Assembly (NCBI GenBank): GCA_963762115.1
Contig: CAVXJH010000003.1
Span: 416,001 to 480,000 of the forward strand
Source of the DNA: Candidatus Babeliales bacterium
Lineage (GTDB): Bacteria; Babelota; Babeliae; Babelales; JANWKD01
Direction of reading: 5' to 3'
Length of the DNA: 64,000 bases
Positions 21,908 through 31,991 of this stretch are shown here, in pieces. Numbering within the stretch: the stretch's first letter is position 1; every line of letters begins with the position of its first letter. The notes below the pieces were generated by a model. It ran no database searches and was not told the origin of the DNA. It was given only the letters and a program-made list of their open reading frames with translations. The position numbers and the translations under genes were made by a program.

Positions 21908-23425
21908 ATGAAAAAAATAATAATAACTTTTTTTATAATGCTTTTTACCCTGCCAAGTATCTTCGGCATGGAAGAAGATCAATCAAATAAGCGACAAGAA
22001 ATAGGATATTTAGAAGCCGCAACTCAAGCAGCGGCTACTCCTAAATTACGCCTTAAACAGCATTTTAAGAGCCTAAAACATCGCTGCTTAGATCAGGTTG
22101 CTTCAACTACTACTCAAAACATTGATACCAACAGCCCTCTTGAAAGTAAGCCAATGCTTGAAGAGCTACAAAATAGTATGCCCGAAGAGCTTTATAGTGA
22201 ATTACTCATTCACTTAGAAAAAGGCACACAACCAATATGGACACAAGCTGCTTTCGTACGAGGTAAGCTTAAAGCCCATAAAACTATTAATAACGGCAGC
22301 AATGTTGCCTTTCTTGATACTTATTTTAAGATTGATCCTGCTCAATGCCATTACATACCTCTTAAACATTCCCGAATGACTCTTTCTAAAGATTTTACTT
22401 TTATCAATAAAGTTAGATTTTTAGCCTCCGCACAAACAAGCAATTATATTGCTTTAGCTAATGAAGGCGAGCTTACTTTGTGGAACACAGAAAATGGCAC
22501 AGAAAGTTTTATACCGATCTGCAATACCCCTATGAAGCATTCGCAAAAGATACTTTCACTCCTTGAAGATGAAGAATTAACAACATTAACTTTTTCTGCC
22601 GATGGAACATCATTAATCCTTGGAACTGATAAAGGTCGATGCATTTTCATTAATAACATCACACAAAATCTAGATTTTGATACTCCTGAATATCGCCCTT
22701 ATTTTTCTTCAGCGATTACCGCATTAACCTGTTCTCGCGATGGAGAATATCTTCTAGCGGCAAATGATGAAGGAACCATAGTACTCTCTGAAAAAGAAAA
22801 TAACTATGCTACTGCGCAACAAGTCCCTATAAATGTGCCAAAAAACAAATTCATTCGCGGTATCATCATATCACCTGATAACAGTATTATTGCCTGTAAT
22901 GCAGATGAACAAGAATGTTATTTTTATCATACAACCTTAGAAAAAACCGTTTGTTATCCAAGATCACATTTTTTTGATATTGATAACGATAATTTAGCTC
23001 TCACCCGCGTTTTTGATAACAATCACAACTTTCTTGCGTATCTAGAAATAAATTTCACCACTGAAATTGCTGACATTAAAAAGGCATTTATTTTACCAAA
23101 AAACACTCAATTATGCCCAACCAATAAACACATGCCCTCATCATCAGCTCCTTGCCTTCTTGATATTGACCCAGATGAAGAAGAAACAACATGCATTCTT
23201 AAACCAAAAAGACCTGATATTGATGAACTGCTGTTCAAATTGGCTGTGCAAAAATGTAATAACTCACCAAATAAAGCTGATCTTTTAGCAGAATTAGTAA
23301 AAAATAATTTGAACCATGTTGCAACATTTGAAGGAATTCATGGGTCAACACAATCAAATTTATTAGAAGAATATATTAAATACTTACAACAACCTGCACA
23401 AGAACAACAACCCGCACAAGAATAA
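21908..23425 (+). CDS. Secreted BC-box + WD40-like beta-propeller protein
   Basis: G|MEE leader; SLKHRCLDQV; LTFSADGTSLILGTDKG, ITALTCSRDGEYLLAANDEGTI, IIISPDNSII. Confidence 0.75.
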   Translation: MKKIIITFFIMLFTLPSIFGMEEDQSNKRQEIGYLEAATQAAATPKLRLKQHFKSLKHRCLDQVASTTTQNIDTNSPLESKPMLEELQNSMPEELYSELLIHLEKGTQPIWTQAAFVRGKLKAHKTINNGSNVAFLDTYFKIDPAQCHYIPLKHSRMTLSKDFTFINKVRFLASAQTSNYIALANEGELTLWNTENGTESFIPICNTPMKHSQKILSLLEDEELTTLTFSADGTSLILGTDKGRCIFINNITQNLDFDTPEYRPYFSSAITALTCSRDGEYLLAANDEGTIVLSEKENNYATAQQVPINVPKNKFIRGIIISPDNSIIACNADEQECYFYHTTLEKTVCYPRSHFFDIDNDNLALTRVFDNNHNFLAYLEINFTTEIADIKKAFILPKNTQLCPTNKHMPSSSAPCLLDIDPDEEETTCILKPKRPDIDELLFKLAVQKCNNSPNKADLLAELVKNNLNHVATFEGIHGSTQSNLLEEYIKYLQQPAQEQQPAQE

Positions 23426-23433
23426 CTCATTAT

Positions 23434-23470
23434 TGATAGAGGTCGCCGCAAGATGTGCGACCTCCTATCA
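23434..23470 (+). terminator. Rho-independent terminator
   Basis: tgatagaggtcgc...gcgacctcctatca followed by T-rich tract. Confidence 0.65.
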
Positions 23471-23565
23471 TTTGATTTTTGCCGTTTTTTTTATTTATTG
23501 TTATACTTTTTTATACATTAAAAATTCTTTTAACAACCATTTTTCATTAACGTTAGCTTACCTTT

Positions 23566-24696
23566 ATGAAACAAGATTATTATGAAATATTAGGCGTTTC
23601 CAAAACGGCATCACAAGATGAGATAAAAAGCGCCTATAGAAAATTAGCCCTCAAATATCATCCTGATCGAAATCCAGGAAATACTGAAGCGGAAGAAAAA
23701 TTTAAAGCTGCTGCTGAAGCATACCAAGTTTTATCTGATCAAGAAAAACGCAAACATTATGATCAGTTTGGCACTGCCGATATGAACAACATGGGCGGTT
23801 ATGGCCAAGACATGAATATGGAAGACATATTCGAAAATTTCGGTGATATTTTCGAAACCCTCTTTGGTGGTGCTGGTGGCGGCCGCAAAAAAAGTAGTAA
23901 AGCGAGTGGTCCAACACCAAGGCGCGGTCATGATCTCAACAAGGAAATAACTCTCTCCCTAAAAGAATCTTATTTGGGAGCCAAAAAAGATATCAGTTAT
24001 TACCGTTTTGTCACCTGTGAAACATGCTCTGGCAAAGGTGCAAAGCCGGGAACTTCAGCACAAATGTGTACAACATGTCATGGCTCTGGCCAACAACAAT
24101 ACCGTCAAGGTTTTTTTGCTTTTAGTCAGCCATGTTCAACATGTGCGGGTCAAGGATTCATTATTCCTTCACCATGTACTGCATGCAAAGGACAAAGCCG
24201 CGTGCAAAAACTTGATAAATTCTCTATCACCATTCCTCAAGGCATCTACAATAATGCTGAATTACGAGTACAAGGAAAAGGCGATGAAGGCGTTTTCGGT
24301 GGTGGCGCGGGCGATCTATTTGTTCGTATTATTGTTACTGAAGATAAAAAATTTAAACGTATTGATGATGATCTAACCTGTTCATTAATGCTTACCTACC
24401 CTGAATTAGTACTCGGTTGTCAAATAGAAATGGAAAATATTAACGGCACTAAAGAATCGATCAAAGTTCCCAAAGGATCTCCCGTACATCATAAAATTAT
24501 AATTCCGGGCAAAGGATTCGCTCATTTGCGCGGCAAAGGTGCAGGAAACTTAGTCGTTACCTTAAATTGTCATATACCAACCAAACTTTCAAAAGAAGCA
24601 AAAGAATCGCTCAACGCCTACTCAGAAATTATCGGCACTGATGTTAGCGATACTGATACGAGCATTGTAGGATTTTTTAAAAAATTTTTAGGATAA
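23566..24696 (+). CDS. dnaJ: Chaperone DnaJ
   Basis: HPD J-domain, G/F region, four CxxCxG zinc motifs. Confidence 0.98.
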   Translation: MKQDYYEILGVSKTASQDEIKSAYRKLALKYHPDRNPGNTEAEEKFKAAAEAYQVLSDQEKRKHYDQFGTADMNNMGGYGQDMNMEDIFENFGDIFETLFGGAGGGRKKSSKASGPTPRRGHDLNKEITLSLKESYLGAKKDISYYRFVTCETCSGKGAKPGTSAQMCTTCHGSGQQQYRQGFFAFSQPCSTCAGQGFIIPSPCTACKGQSRVQKLDKFSITIPQGIYNNAELRVQGKGDEGVFGGGAGDLFVRIIVTEDKKFKRIDDDLTCSLMLTYPELVLGCQIEMENINGTKESIKVPKGSPVHHKIIIPGKGFAHLRGKGAGNLVVTLNCHIPTKLSKEAKESLNAYSEIIGTDVSDTDTSIVGFFKKFLG

Positions 24697-24723
24697 TCAA
24701 CCCAAAACAAAAAAGGAGTAATC

Positions 24724-25305
24724 GTGGTTATACGTTCTTTACAAAATGGTTTTGCCTTAAGCTTTGTTCTCTCAAGTTTGCTTTTAGCAACTGGCTGCAC
24801 ATCGCAAAAAGAGCAATGTTCAATCGAAGGTTCCGAAGCAAATAAAATCACAACACGAGCAGCTGATGCACAAACAGCTCAAAAAACATTAGAGAACAAT
24901 CAAATTGATAAACAAACAGAAAGTGATAAATCAATGACAAAAATAAAAACCGCTTCAGGATTAGAATACGAAATCTTAGAAAAAGGCGATGAAACATCAA
25001 CAACACCCGCCAAAGGAGCTAATGTCGTTGTGCATTATACCGGTTGGCTAGCTGATGCACAAGGAAACCCACGCTTAGATAAAAAATTCGATAGCAGCGT
25101 TGATAGAGGACAACCATTTCAATTTAAAATCGGCATAGGCATGGTTATAAAAGGTTGGGATGAAGGAGTGCTTTCTATGCACAAAGGCGAAAAACGTCGC
25201 TTATTCATACCAGCAAAACTTGGCTATGGTGCATCTGGTGCTGGGGCAGTTATTCCACCTAATGCTAACCTTATTTTTGACGTGGAATTAATTAATTTTA
25301 ATTAA
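24724..25305 (+). CDS. FKBP-type peptidyl-prolyl isomerase, probable lipoprotein (Mip/FkpA-like)
   Basis: LATGC lipobox; VHYTGWL, KFDSS, VIKGWDEG, IPPNANLIFDVEL. Confidence 0.93.
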   Translation: MVIRSLQNGFALSFVLSSLLLATGCTSQKEQCSIEGSEANKITTRAADAQTAQKTLENNQIDKQTESDKSMTKIKTASGLEYEILEKGDETSTTPAKGANVVVHYTGWLADAQGNPRLDKKFDSSVDRGQPFQFKIGIGMVIKGWDEGVLSMHKGEKRRLFIPAKLGYGASGAGAVIPPNANLIFDVELINFN

Positions 25306-25318
25306 TCACCATTTTTTC

Positions 25319-25374
25319 AAAAAAAGTAATAAAAAAAGCCTCCAAGACTGGGGGCTTTTTTTATTACTTTTTTT
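25319..25374. terminator. Long bidirectional terminator
   Basis: ~26-bp stem aaaaaaagtaataaaaaaagcctcca-agac-tgggggctttttttattacttttttt. Confidence 0.85.
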
Positions 25375-25541
25375 CACTTGAAAAAGGCCCAAAAACCGTT
25401 TAGAACCCTTGCTTTTTTTAAGCTGCCTTTGTTATGCTTATAGATGAAAGATATGATAAAGCTACCTTACAGGTTAGCTCAATAATCATACATACAACTC
25501 ACTTGAGCTGTATACTATTTTATTTTTAGAAGGAGAAACTC

Positions 25542-26084
25542 ATGAAAAAATTTATTATTTCAACATTTGCCCTCTTGTTAACTCTTGCAGCTATAGTTCC
25601 TGCCAATGCTGCTAAACTTGGCTATCCAACCTATACTGCTAAACTTGGCTATCCAACCTATACTGCTAAACTTGGCTATCAAGGAGAAAATCCAAAAACA
25701 GCAATAATACCAGCAACGTCAAATGCTGATGCATATTGTATAATTTTAAAAGAAGTACATGAAGCATTTGATGATAAAAAAGCAGGAGAATATATAAATA
25801 AACTTGCTAAAGAACAAAAAGAGAATGAAGCTAAAGCAAAAAACGCAAAAACAAAAAAAGAAAAAGAAGAAGCCGCAAAAGAAGCTCTTGATCTCGAAGT
25901 AAAAGCGCAATTGATTAATGTAATTGCGAAAAATGTTTCTGATCAAGTAGCCCTTGATGTAATTGGCCGCAAAAAAACCCAAGCAGAACAAGCAACAGCA
26001 GAAAAAGAACATAATGAAGCACAAGATGTTGCTGATGCTGCAAAAGTTACCGCTAAAACTGCCATAAAAGCTGTGACTAAATAA
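25542..26084 (+). CDS. Secreted Ala/Lys/Glu-rich helical protein with AKLGYPTYT repeats
   Basis: AAGGAG RBS, ANA signal cleavage site, own terminator. Confidence 0.8.
   Translation: MKKFIISTFALLLTLAAIVPANAAKLGYPTYTAKLGYPTYTAKLGYQGENPKTAIIPATSNADAYCIILKEVHEAFDDKKAGEYINKLAKEQKENEAKAKNAKTKKEKEEAAKEALDLEVKAQLINVIAKNVSDQVALDVIGRKKTQAEQATAEKEHNEAQDVADAAKVTAKTAIKAVTK
25609..25680 (+). repeat. Perfect 27-bp in-frame tandem repeat, ~2.7 copies
   Basis: ctgctaaacttggctatccaacctata x2 + 18 nt. Confidence 0.97.
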
Positions 26085-26100
26085 CATCGTATTAAATACT

Positions 26101-26131
26101 ATCGGGGCTCTTTTTTTACATGAGCCCCGAT
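26101..26131 (+). terminator. Stem-loop terminator
   Basis: atcggggctc...gagccccgat. Confidence 0.7.
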
Positions 26132-26174
26132 GCTTTGAAAAAGAAAAACGATGATTTACAAATGAGAGAGAATC

Positions 26175-26390
26175 ATGAAAAAGTTTATTATTGTAACAAT
26201 ACTATTATCAATAAGCGGAACATTAATAAATAATATTAATGCGCGAGGCAATATATTACCTCCGGGTAGTATATCAGGTGAAACTGTAGAACGAGAAAAA
26301 AAATATCAAGAGAGAATAAGAAAACAGCAACAAGAATCAGAAGCAAGAAGAAAAAAAATAAGAGAAGGATATGCTCATGGAAAAAAATAA
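26175..26390 (+). CDS. Small secreted basic protein
   Basis: MKKF signal peptide, RBS GAGAG. Confidence 0.65.
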   Translation: MKKFIIVTILLSISGTLINNINARGNILPPGSISGETVEREKKYQERIRKQQQESEARRKKIREGYAHGKK

Positions 26391-26502
26391 GATTTTTACA
26401 ATGACACTTTTATGCACAATGCTAACCTTTAATGCTTTGCGTAGTGCACCAAGAACCTCTGCCAAAACTCATCATCCTTATCAGTTATTTACTAATGCAT
26501 AA
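26377..26502 (+). CDS. 41-aa signal-peptide micro-protein (absent from ORF track)
   Basis: MEKNKIFTMTLLCTMLTFNALRSAPRTSAKTHHPYQLFTNA*, AGAAGGA upstream, hairpin downstream (aagggtg...caccctt). Confidence 0.5.
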   Translation: MEKNKIFTMTLLCTMLTFNALRSAPRTSAKTHHPYQLFTNA

Positions 26503-26589
26503 AATAAATCAAGGGTGCGAATATTACACCCTTATTTGTAATAAAAAATAAGAATAAACTATAATAATTTTAAATAGAGGAAAAATTAC

Positions 26590-27051
26590 ATGAAAAAAAT
26601 TAATAAAATAATAATCATCTTATACGGCTTATTTATAATGAATGGTCTACATGCAGAAACAAAGAATGCATTAGCAGTACAAATTGATAACAAAATTCTT
26701 ACAGAAGATATTTCAACGCTCATAAAAGATTTACAATGGGCCATTACTAATAAACAAAGCGGCGCTTATTTTAAAAAAATTGCCGATAACGCGCAAGCCC
26801 TTGTGGTAAAAATAAAAAATGCCCCAACAATCACCGAAAAAACAATGCTTATTGCAGAATTAGCAAATGAAGCTTTTAAATCTGGTGTATTACAATCATA
26901 CGTCAAAAATGCCTTGTTGCTTCTTAGTATCGACCCCAATAAAAAAGGTGAATCATATGAACTAGCACAAAAAGAATTAAGTACTGCAAACTCATATGCT
27001 GATATAGTTCGTTTAGCAGCAGAGGAAGGCGCAATTGCATTTGTTCAATAA
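26590..27051 (+). CDS. Secreted hypothetical protein
   Basis: GAGG RBS; MKKINK...NGLHA leader. Confidence 0.75.
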   Translation: MKKINKIIIILYGLFIMNGLHAETKNALAVQIDNKILTEDISTLIKDLQWAITNKQSGAYFKKIADNAQALVVKIKNAPTITEKTMLIAELANEAFKSGVLQSYVKNALLLLSIDPNKKGESYELAQKELSTANSYADIVRLAAEEGAIAFVQ

Positions 27052-27092
27052 TTCAATATACCTCTTTAGTTGCCAGTGATGAAAGGAATCAC

Positions 27093-27335
27093 ATGAAAAA
27101 ATTAAATTTGATATTATTATTTATAGGTAATCTGCTAATACTAAACACAATGAACGGAAAAGAAGAGGCAATCAAAAAACCTGTATTCCATAAACCCTTA
27201 GTGCAAAGCAAAAAAAATGGTCAATTTATGACTATTAAACCTCTTGCCAAAAATAATACAGCTGAAAAATCAGTACATGAAAGAACAATGAAACCAGTTA
27301 AATCAAAAGAAATAGAAACAATTAACTTTATGTAA
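27093..27335 (+). CDS. Small secreted Lys-rich protein
   Basis: AAGGA RBS; signal peptide; repeated (T/I/M)KP motifs. Confidence 0.65.
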   Translation: MKKLNLILLFIGNLLILNTMNGKEEAIKKPVFHKPLVQSKKNGQFMTIKPLAKNNTAEKSVHERTMKPVKSKEIETINFM

Positions 27336-27390
27336 AAAACAGTAGCTTTTCCTTCATGAAATCAACCACATCTAAAATTTGTTACAAATA

Positions 27391-27419
27391 TTGATTTTTA
27401 TTGAGTTTTTTGCTATAAT
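27391..27419 (+). promoter_or_regulatory. sigma70 promoter with extended -10
   Basis: TTGATT-17-TATAAT preceded by TGc. Confidence 0.55.
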
Positions 27420-27498
27420 TAAAGTAAATGATTAAATTAATATTATTGCTTTTTTTTAGTTATTCAATTATAAATACCCTATTTTGAAGGAATATTAT

Positions 27499-27984
27499 AT
27501 GAAAAAAATTATGTATATACTTTTACTTGGATTCACCTTCAATGGTCTTTTTGCCATGGAAAATACAGCTGAAGATGCAGCTATTGCAGACCTTATTGAA
27601 AAAATATCAAAAAATGAACCCCAAAAAGATTTTAACAATGATATTCAAACAGATTTAAACAAACTTGAAGATGATATCAAACGCGCAGAAGAATATCATG
27701 CACAAGAAAAAGCATTCCAGGCAAAAGAAGAAGAAAAAGCCAAAGAAGCTGCTGCGTTATTAGAATTAATCGCACAGGAATCTGCTGAACAAAAAAATCT
27801 TGAAACTGCTCCAATTACATCAAAGGAAACTGAAGCGCAAGTTGCTCAAGACATCAAACAAGATGAAACGCTAGAAGAATTAGAAGCGCTCAATAAAACT
27901 GAACAAGAAATTCTCCAAGAACCAGCGTTGCAAAACGATGTTCAAGAGGCTTTAGAAAAAACTGAAGATATTGAATTATCTTAA
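27499..27984 (+). CDS. Secreted acidic coiled-coil protein (A|MEN leader)
   Basis: ATG 27499 after AAGGA; E/Q/K-rich. Confidence 0.75.
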   Translation: MKKIMYILLLGFTFNGLFAMENTAEDAAIADLIEKISKNEPQKDFNNDIQTDLNKLEDDIKRAEEYHAQEKAFQAKEEEKAKEAAALLELIAQESAEQKNLETAPITSKETEAQVAQDIKQDETLEELEALNKTEQEILQEPALQNDVQEALEKTEDIELS

Positions 27985-28008
27985 TTTTATTTAATCAAAA
28001 TTTTAAAA

Positions 28009-28040
28009 TAAAAAAGGCACCTTAATTGGTGCCTTTTTTA
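28009..28040. terminator. Bidirectional terminator between convergent genes
   Basis: taaaaaaggcacc-ttaatt-ggtgcctttttta. Confidence 0.85.
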
Positions 28041-28063
28041 TTATGTTTTTATGTAAAAATTAT

Positions 28064-28687
28064 TTATGCGTTATTTGTAACCACAGATGCATTAGACATG
28101 CCTGCAATAACCGCTGCACTTATATCAGAAACTAATTTTTTTTCTAATTCTGCACTATCTGCTTTCCAACCTGCAATCGTTTCTTGCCATGATGCATTCG
28201 TATATTGAGAATGCAAAACAGTAGAAGCAACAAGCGCAAAAAACATCAAAGCTACCCCACCAAATGCAAAAGTAGCAGCGCTATGATCTAAACCATTAAT
28301 TCTATTAAGTAATCTCACAAAACCACTTCTCCAAGGTTTAACATCTTCGTCAATGAATTTAGCTTTAATATATTCAATACGAGATTGCCCATCTAAAGGT
28401 CCAGTAACGTCATCTTGATAAACAGTATCTTTTGGTTCACCAAACTGATTCAAATCATTCTTTGCAATCCAAGCTTCAATTGCTTTTTCTTCAAGAAGAT
28501 TATACAAATTTGCTGGATTCAATAGAGTTCCTGCAATAAAAGCCGCAACACCTGCTCCACCCAAAACAAAGAATGGCATCAGATTTGGCTTTTCAACAAC
28601 AGCATATGATGAAGCATTATGCATTGCAAAGATAATCAAAATAGCCGCTAAAAAGTTCTTTTTAAACTTTTGTTGTACATTTACCAT
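28064..28687 (-). CDS. Signal peptide + two-TM membrane protein
   Basis: ATG 28687 after AGGGGA; soluble loop IEAWIAKNDLNQFGEPKDTVY...RIEYI...PW between TM helices. Confidence 0.7.
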   Translation of the reverse strand: MVNVQQKFKKNFLAAILIIFAMHNASSYAVVEKPNLMPFFVLGGAGVAAFIAGTLLNPANLYNLLEEKAIEAWIAKNDLNQFGEPKDTVYQDDVTGPLDGQSRIEYIKAKFIDEDVKPWRSGFVRLLNRINGLDHSAATFAFGGVALMFFALVASTVLHSQYTNASWQETIAGWKADSAELEKKLVSDISAAVIAGMSNASVVTNNA

Positions 28688-28879
28688 AAAAAAATCCCCT
28701 ATAAAAATCAAAGAAATGATACTATAAAACATTTCAATTATAGGGCAAACCGAGATTTTTTCAATTCTTTTATTTTCTTTAAGAAATGGCCATAGTAATC
28801 ATTCCAAGTATTCAGTGATTATTCTTAACAGAAAATCAACATAAAAAATAACCTAATGATCAAATATAACGACCAATGA

Positions 28880-29105
28880 GCCGAAAATGTCATTACGAGG
28901 CAACATTGTTGCCGTGGTAACCCAGATTATTATGTTCTATAAATAAAATCCTAAAGAAATTACATGTTATATAAAACTATGCCAAATAAGTCGTTACTTC
29001 TATAACAATAACTTCCAATGTATTACAAATTAATAAGGGAAAAAGAAATAGAATTTTATATACTGGGTTACGGCAACAATGTTGCCTCGTAATGACATTT
29101 GCGGC
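28880..29105. repeat. Inverted doublet of REP/RPE-like palindromic units (28880..28925, 29063..29105)
   Basis: gccg(a/c)aaatgtcattacgaggcaacattgttgccgt(ggt)aacccag; 1 mismatch + 3-nt indel; internal hairpin ggcaaca-t-tgttgcc. Confidence 0.9.
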
Positions 29106-29163
29106 GTATATTATTTATGATAAAAATTGTTTATCACGAATATAAAATTTTCATTAGCAAATA

Positions 29164-30105
29164 TTAAGAAAAAAGTTTCTTTAATTTTTTTTGTATTGCA
29201 TCCTGTAAAAACTCATTAGAATCAGAAAAAAATGCCTCAACCAACGTTTTTTGTGCTTCATATTCATTAAGCCCACGCGATTGCAAATAAAATAATTGCT
29301 GTTCATCAAGATAGCCAATTGCACTGCCGTGCTGACAGCGAACATCATGAGCTTTGATTTCTAAGCTTGGCACAGATTTTGCTTGTGCATGCATACTTCC
29401 CAGTAATGTTTTGTTATATTGAGAAGCTTTTGTTTGTTGTGCCTGCCCATCAATAGTGATTATTCCTTGGTGTATACTTTTTGCATCATCAGTAACAAAC
29501 CCGCGCAATGAAAGATCACTTTGTGTATGCGGCACATGATGATGTTGTTCAGTAAACAAAGTCATTGCTTGTGATTTATTCAACACATATACTCCCTGTA
29601 ATACTGCCAAAGCATTTGCACCGAGCACGTGACAAACAACTTTTATAGTACACGGTTGAACATCAACAACTGCCAGAAAAAAATAGAGCTTTGCAGAAAA
29701 TCCTAAAAAAAATCGATAATTACTTTTTGCATTGTGCTGATTAACAAAAAAATTTACTTGTACTTCGTCAAGCAAGATAATATCAACATTCACCTCTTGT
29801 TCAACATCGTTAGCATCTTCAATTGTTATCTGAATATTCGAAGAAACAATAATAATTGATTCAGCATTGGTCGGCGAAAATCTATATGTTTGAGCACATT
29901 CATCATTAATAAAAACTATTTGAACATTTTCTAAGTTGCGATCTTGAAAATATGTCGCAGAAGGTGCCAACTTTTGCTGATCAGAAAAAGAATATTTTTG
30001 AATGAAAGAAAGCCAATTTTTGTACAAAAATAATAACCTTTTTTTATATTGAAATGTATCTTTTATACTCTTGAGTATAAAGGGTTTTTTTATTTTACAA
30101 AACAT
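29164..30105 (-). CDS. sufD: Fe-S cluster assembly protein SufD (divergent)
   Basis: SVPSLEIKAHDVRCQHGSAIGYLDEQQLFYLQSRG; start uncertain. Confidence 0.85.
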   Translation of the reverse strand: MFCKIKKPFILKSIKDTFQYKKRLLFLYKNWLSFIQKYSFSDQQKLAPSATYFQDRNLENVQIVFINDECAQTYRFSPTNAESIIIVSSNIQITIEDANDVEQEVNVDIILLDEVQVNFFVNQHNAKSNYRFFLGFSAKLYFFLAVVDVQPCTIKVVCHVLGANALAVLQGVYVLNKSQAMTLFTEQHHHVPHTQSDLSLRGFVTDDAKSIHQGIITIDGQAQQTKASQYNKTLLGSMHAQAKSVPSLEIKAHDVRCQHGSAIGYLDEQQLFYLQSRGLNEYEAQKTLVEAFFSDSNEFLQDAIQKKLKKLFS

Positions 30106-30179
30106 TAATTATCTATACAATTAGAAAACATGTATTTTAAACTAATCTATTTTTATAATAAAAATAATTACAGGATTTT

Positions 30180-31958
30180 ATGAACAAACTACTATGCATC
30201 GCGTTACTTTTTGCATTAACAAATTCTACTCATACAATGGAACTAACACCTGAAATACAATCAGCAACGGCATTATCAAAATCATCAAAAAAAATCAGGA
30301 ATCCTCGCAAGCTCAGCTTCATCGCTGCTAAAGCAATGAAAAAGCAACTTTTGCCAGAAAAGTTTGATGAAACAAATCTTGACGCTACTGCTGCAACAAT
30401 TCATGATTTATATGCCCAAATTGGAGGCGATCATGCAGAACATATCACGCAACAAATTACCTATGAACAACCATTGCCCTATTATGATCAATTACCAAAA
30501 AACGTATTTGATTTTTCCGGGAATGAACATTTCTTTAGCTTTTCTCCGTCACTACAACACCGCATACTTTTTGACAGTAAACAAAAAAAATTTTCAGTGG
30601 TAGACCATGAAAAAAAAGAAGTTGCATCATTTAAATCAACATCTCCGTATAATGCCATTGAAAGTGTTAAATTTTTAGGAGACAATTATCTTTCATATTT
30701 AAAAGGTACTCATCAAAATGACTGTGGGGAATGTGTCTTAAATATCTTTGAAGATGCGACATGGAAAGAAATTCTTACCGTTAATCCTTCAGATTCTATC
30801 ATCGATGTTTCTTTATCATCTAATCAAAAGATTCTTGCCCTTGGACTTTTAAATAAAAAAGTTGTTTTTTGGCAACAAACAGAACATTCTGATCAATGGG
30901 AAAAATTTGATGAAGAAATTAATTTAGAAAATTTTTCCGATCAATTACAAGCAGTTGTTTATACATCACGTCCAAATCGATCTCAAACACACAATCCCAA
31001 TCGTTTTTTTCATCATAAAGTTACTAATACTGTTCACTATCAAGAAATTTGCACTGCAATTTCCTCAATCTCATTTTTGCCCAATAAAACATCTGAAAAT
31101 CCTCTTTTATTATTAGGCCTAACCGGTTATTGCCATAAACACCCCTGTGACGGCATATTAACTTTATGGAATTACACCAACAAAACCTGGAACTTACAAC
31201 AAATATTACGCGATAAACATGATTGGCCGATAATCACTATTCAACCTTCCGTCGATGGCACCATGTTTTTAACTACTGCATATTCCCATATAGGCGGGAC
31301 ATCTTATACTACCTGTTGGCAAAAAAAGGATAACGACGAGTGGGGAATTTTAAAAAGAACACAACAACAAAATCCCACAAAAATTTCTGCATCATTTAAC
31401 CCTTCAAATAATTCTTTTGTGCAATACCATACCCGCCAAGGAAATTGGTATATTAAACTTTTTTCTCTCGATGAAACATCAAGTAAAAAAGTAAAAAAAT
31501 TGTCCGCAATGCGAATGCACTTTGATATTAATCCTCGTTTTCCTTTTGAATATGAATGGAAGGCAAACACAGCGCCAATTATGTGGCTCAACGATAATGA
31601 AATTGCTATCGGCAAGACTATTTTATCATTAAATACAGGAGTCAATTATGCTCTCTGCCAAAAAGCATTACTTGCAATTATCACAAAAAAGAGAATGCCA
31701 TTACAAAATCAAAATAACGATATTCCTTTAGATCCCACGGTAAAATCAGGCCAAGACAATAAATTTTATGAACGATTGAAAAAATTCGTTAACTCAAAAA
31801 CATTTTCTCAATTATCCCCCCAAGAAAAAATATGCCTTGTACATTACACCATGAGCTCTTTAAAATATCTCAAAAAAACAGGAAACAATCCTCAAATATT
31901 TCAAAAGATTCTTGATCCTTATTTAAATAATTCTTATTCTATGCATAGCACTTATTAA
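30180..31958 (+). CDS. Secreted WD40-like beta-propeller protein (T|MEL leader)
   Basis: IIDVSLSSNQKILALGLLNKKVVFW, DGILTLWN, IITIQPSVDGTMFLTT, SASFNPSNN. Confidence 0.75.
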   Translation: MNKLLCIALLFALTNSTHTMELTPEIQSATALSKSSKKIRNPRKLSFIAAKAMKKQLLPEKFDETNLDATAATIHDLYAQIGGDHAEHITQQITYEQPLPYYDQLPKNVFDFSGNEHFFSFSPSLQHRILFDSKQKKFSVVDHEKKEVASFKSTSPYNAIESVKFLGDNYLSYLKGTHQNDCGECVLNIFEDATWKEILTVNPSDSIIDVSLSSNQKILALGLLNKKVVFWQQTEHSDQWEKFDEEINLENFSDQLQAVVYTSRPNRSQTHNPNRFFHHKVTNTVHYQEICTAISSISFLPNKTSENPLLLLGLTGYCHKHPCDGILTLWNYTNKTWNLQQILRDKHDWPIITIQPSVDGTMFLTTAYSHIGGTSYTTCWQKKDNDEWGILKRTQQQNPTKISASFNPSNNSFVQYHTRQGNWYIKLFSLDETSSKKVKKLSAMRMHFDINPRFPFEYEWKANTAPIMWLNDNEIAIGKTILSLNTGVNYALCQKALLAIITKKRMPLQNQNNDIPLDPTVKSGQDNKFYERLKKFVNSKTFSQLSPQEKICLVHYTMSSLKYLKKTGNNPQIFQKILDPYLNNSYSMHSTY

Positions 31959-31991
31959 AACAAATTCGCACTAAAAAAAGTAGAGAAAATA

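Noticed and set aside
25440..25541. Riboswitch in leader of 25542 (agctcaa...ttgagct stem)
   Set aside because: One short stem only; no aptamer consensus recognised
25609..25680. CRISPR array
   Set aside because: Head-to-tail repeats without spacers, in-frame in a CDS; no cas genes in the window
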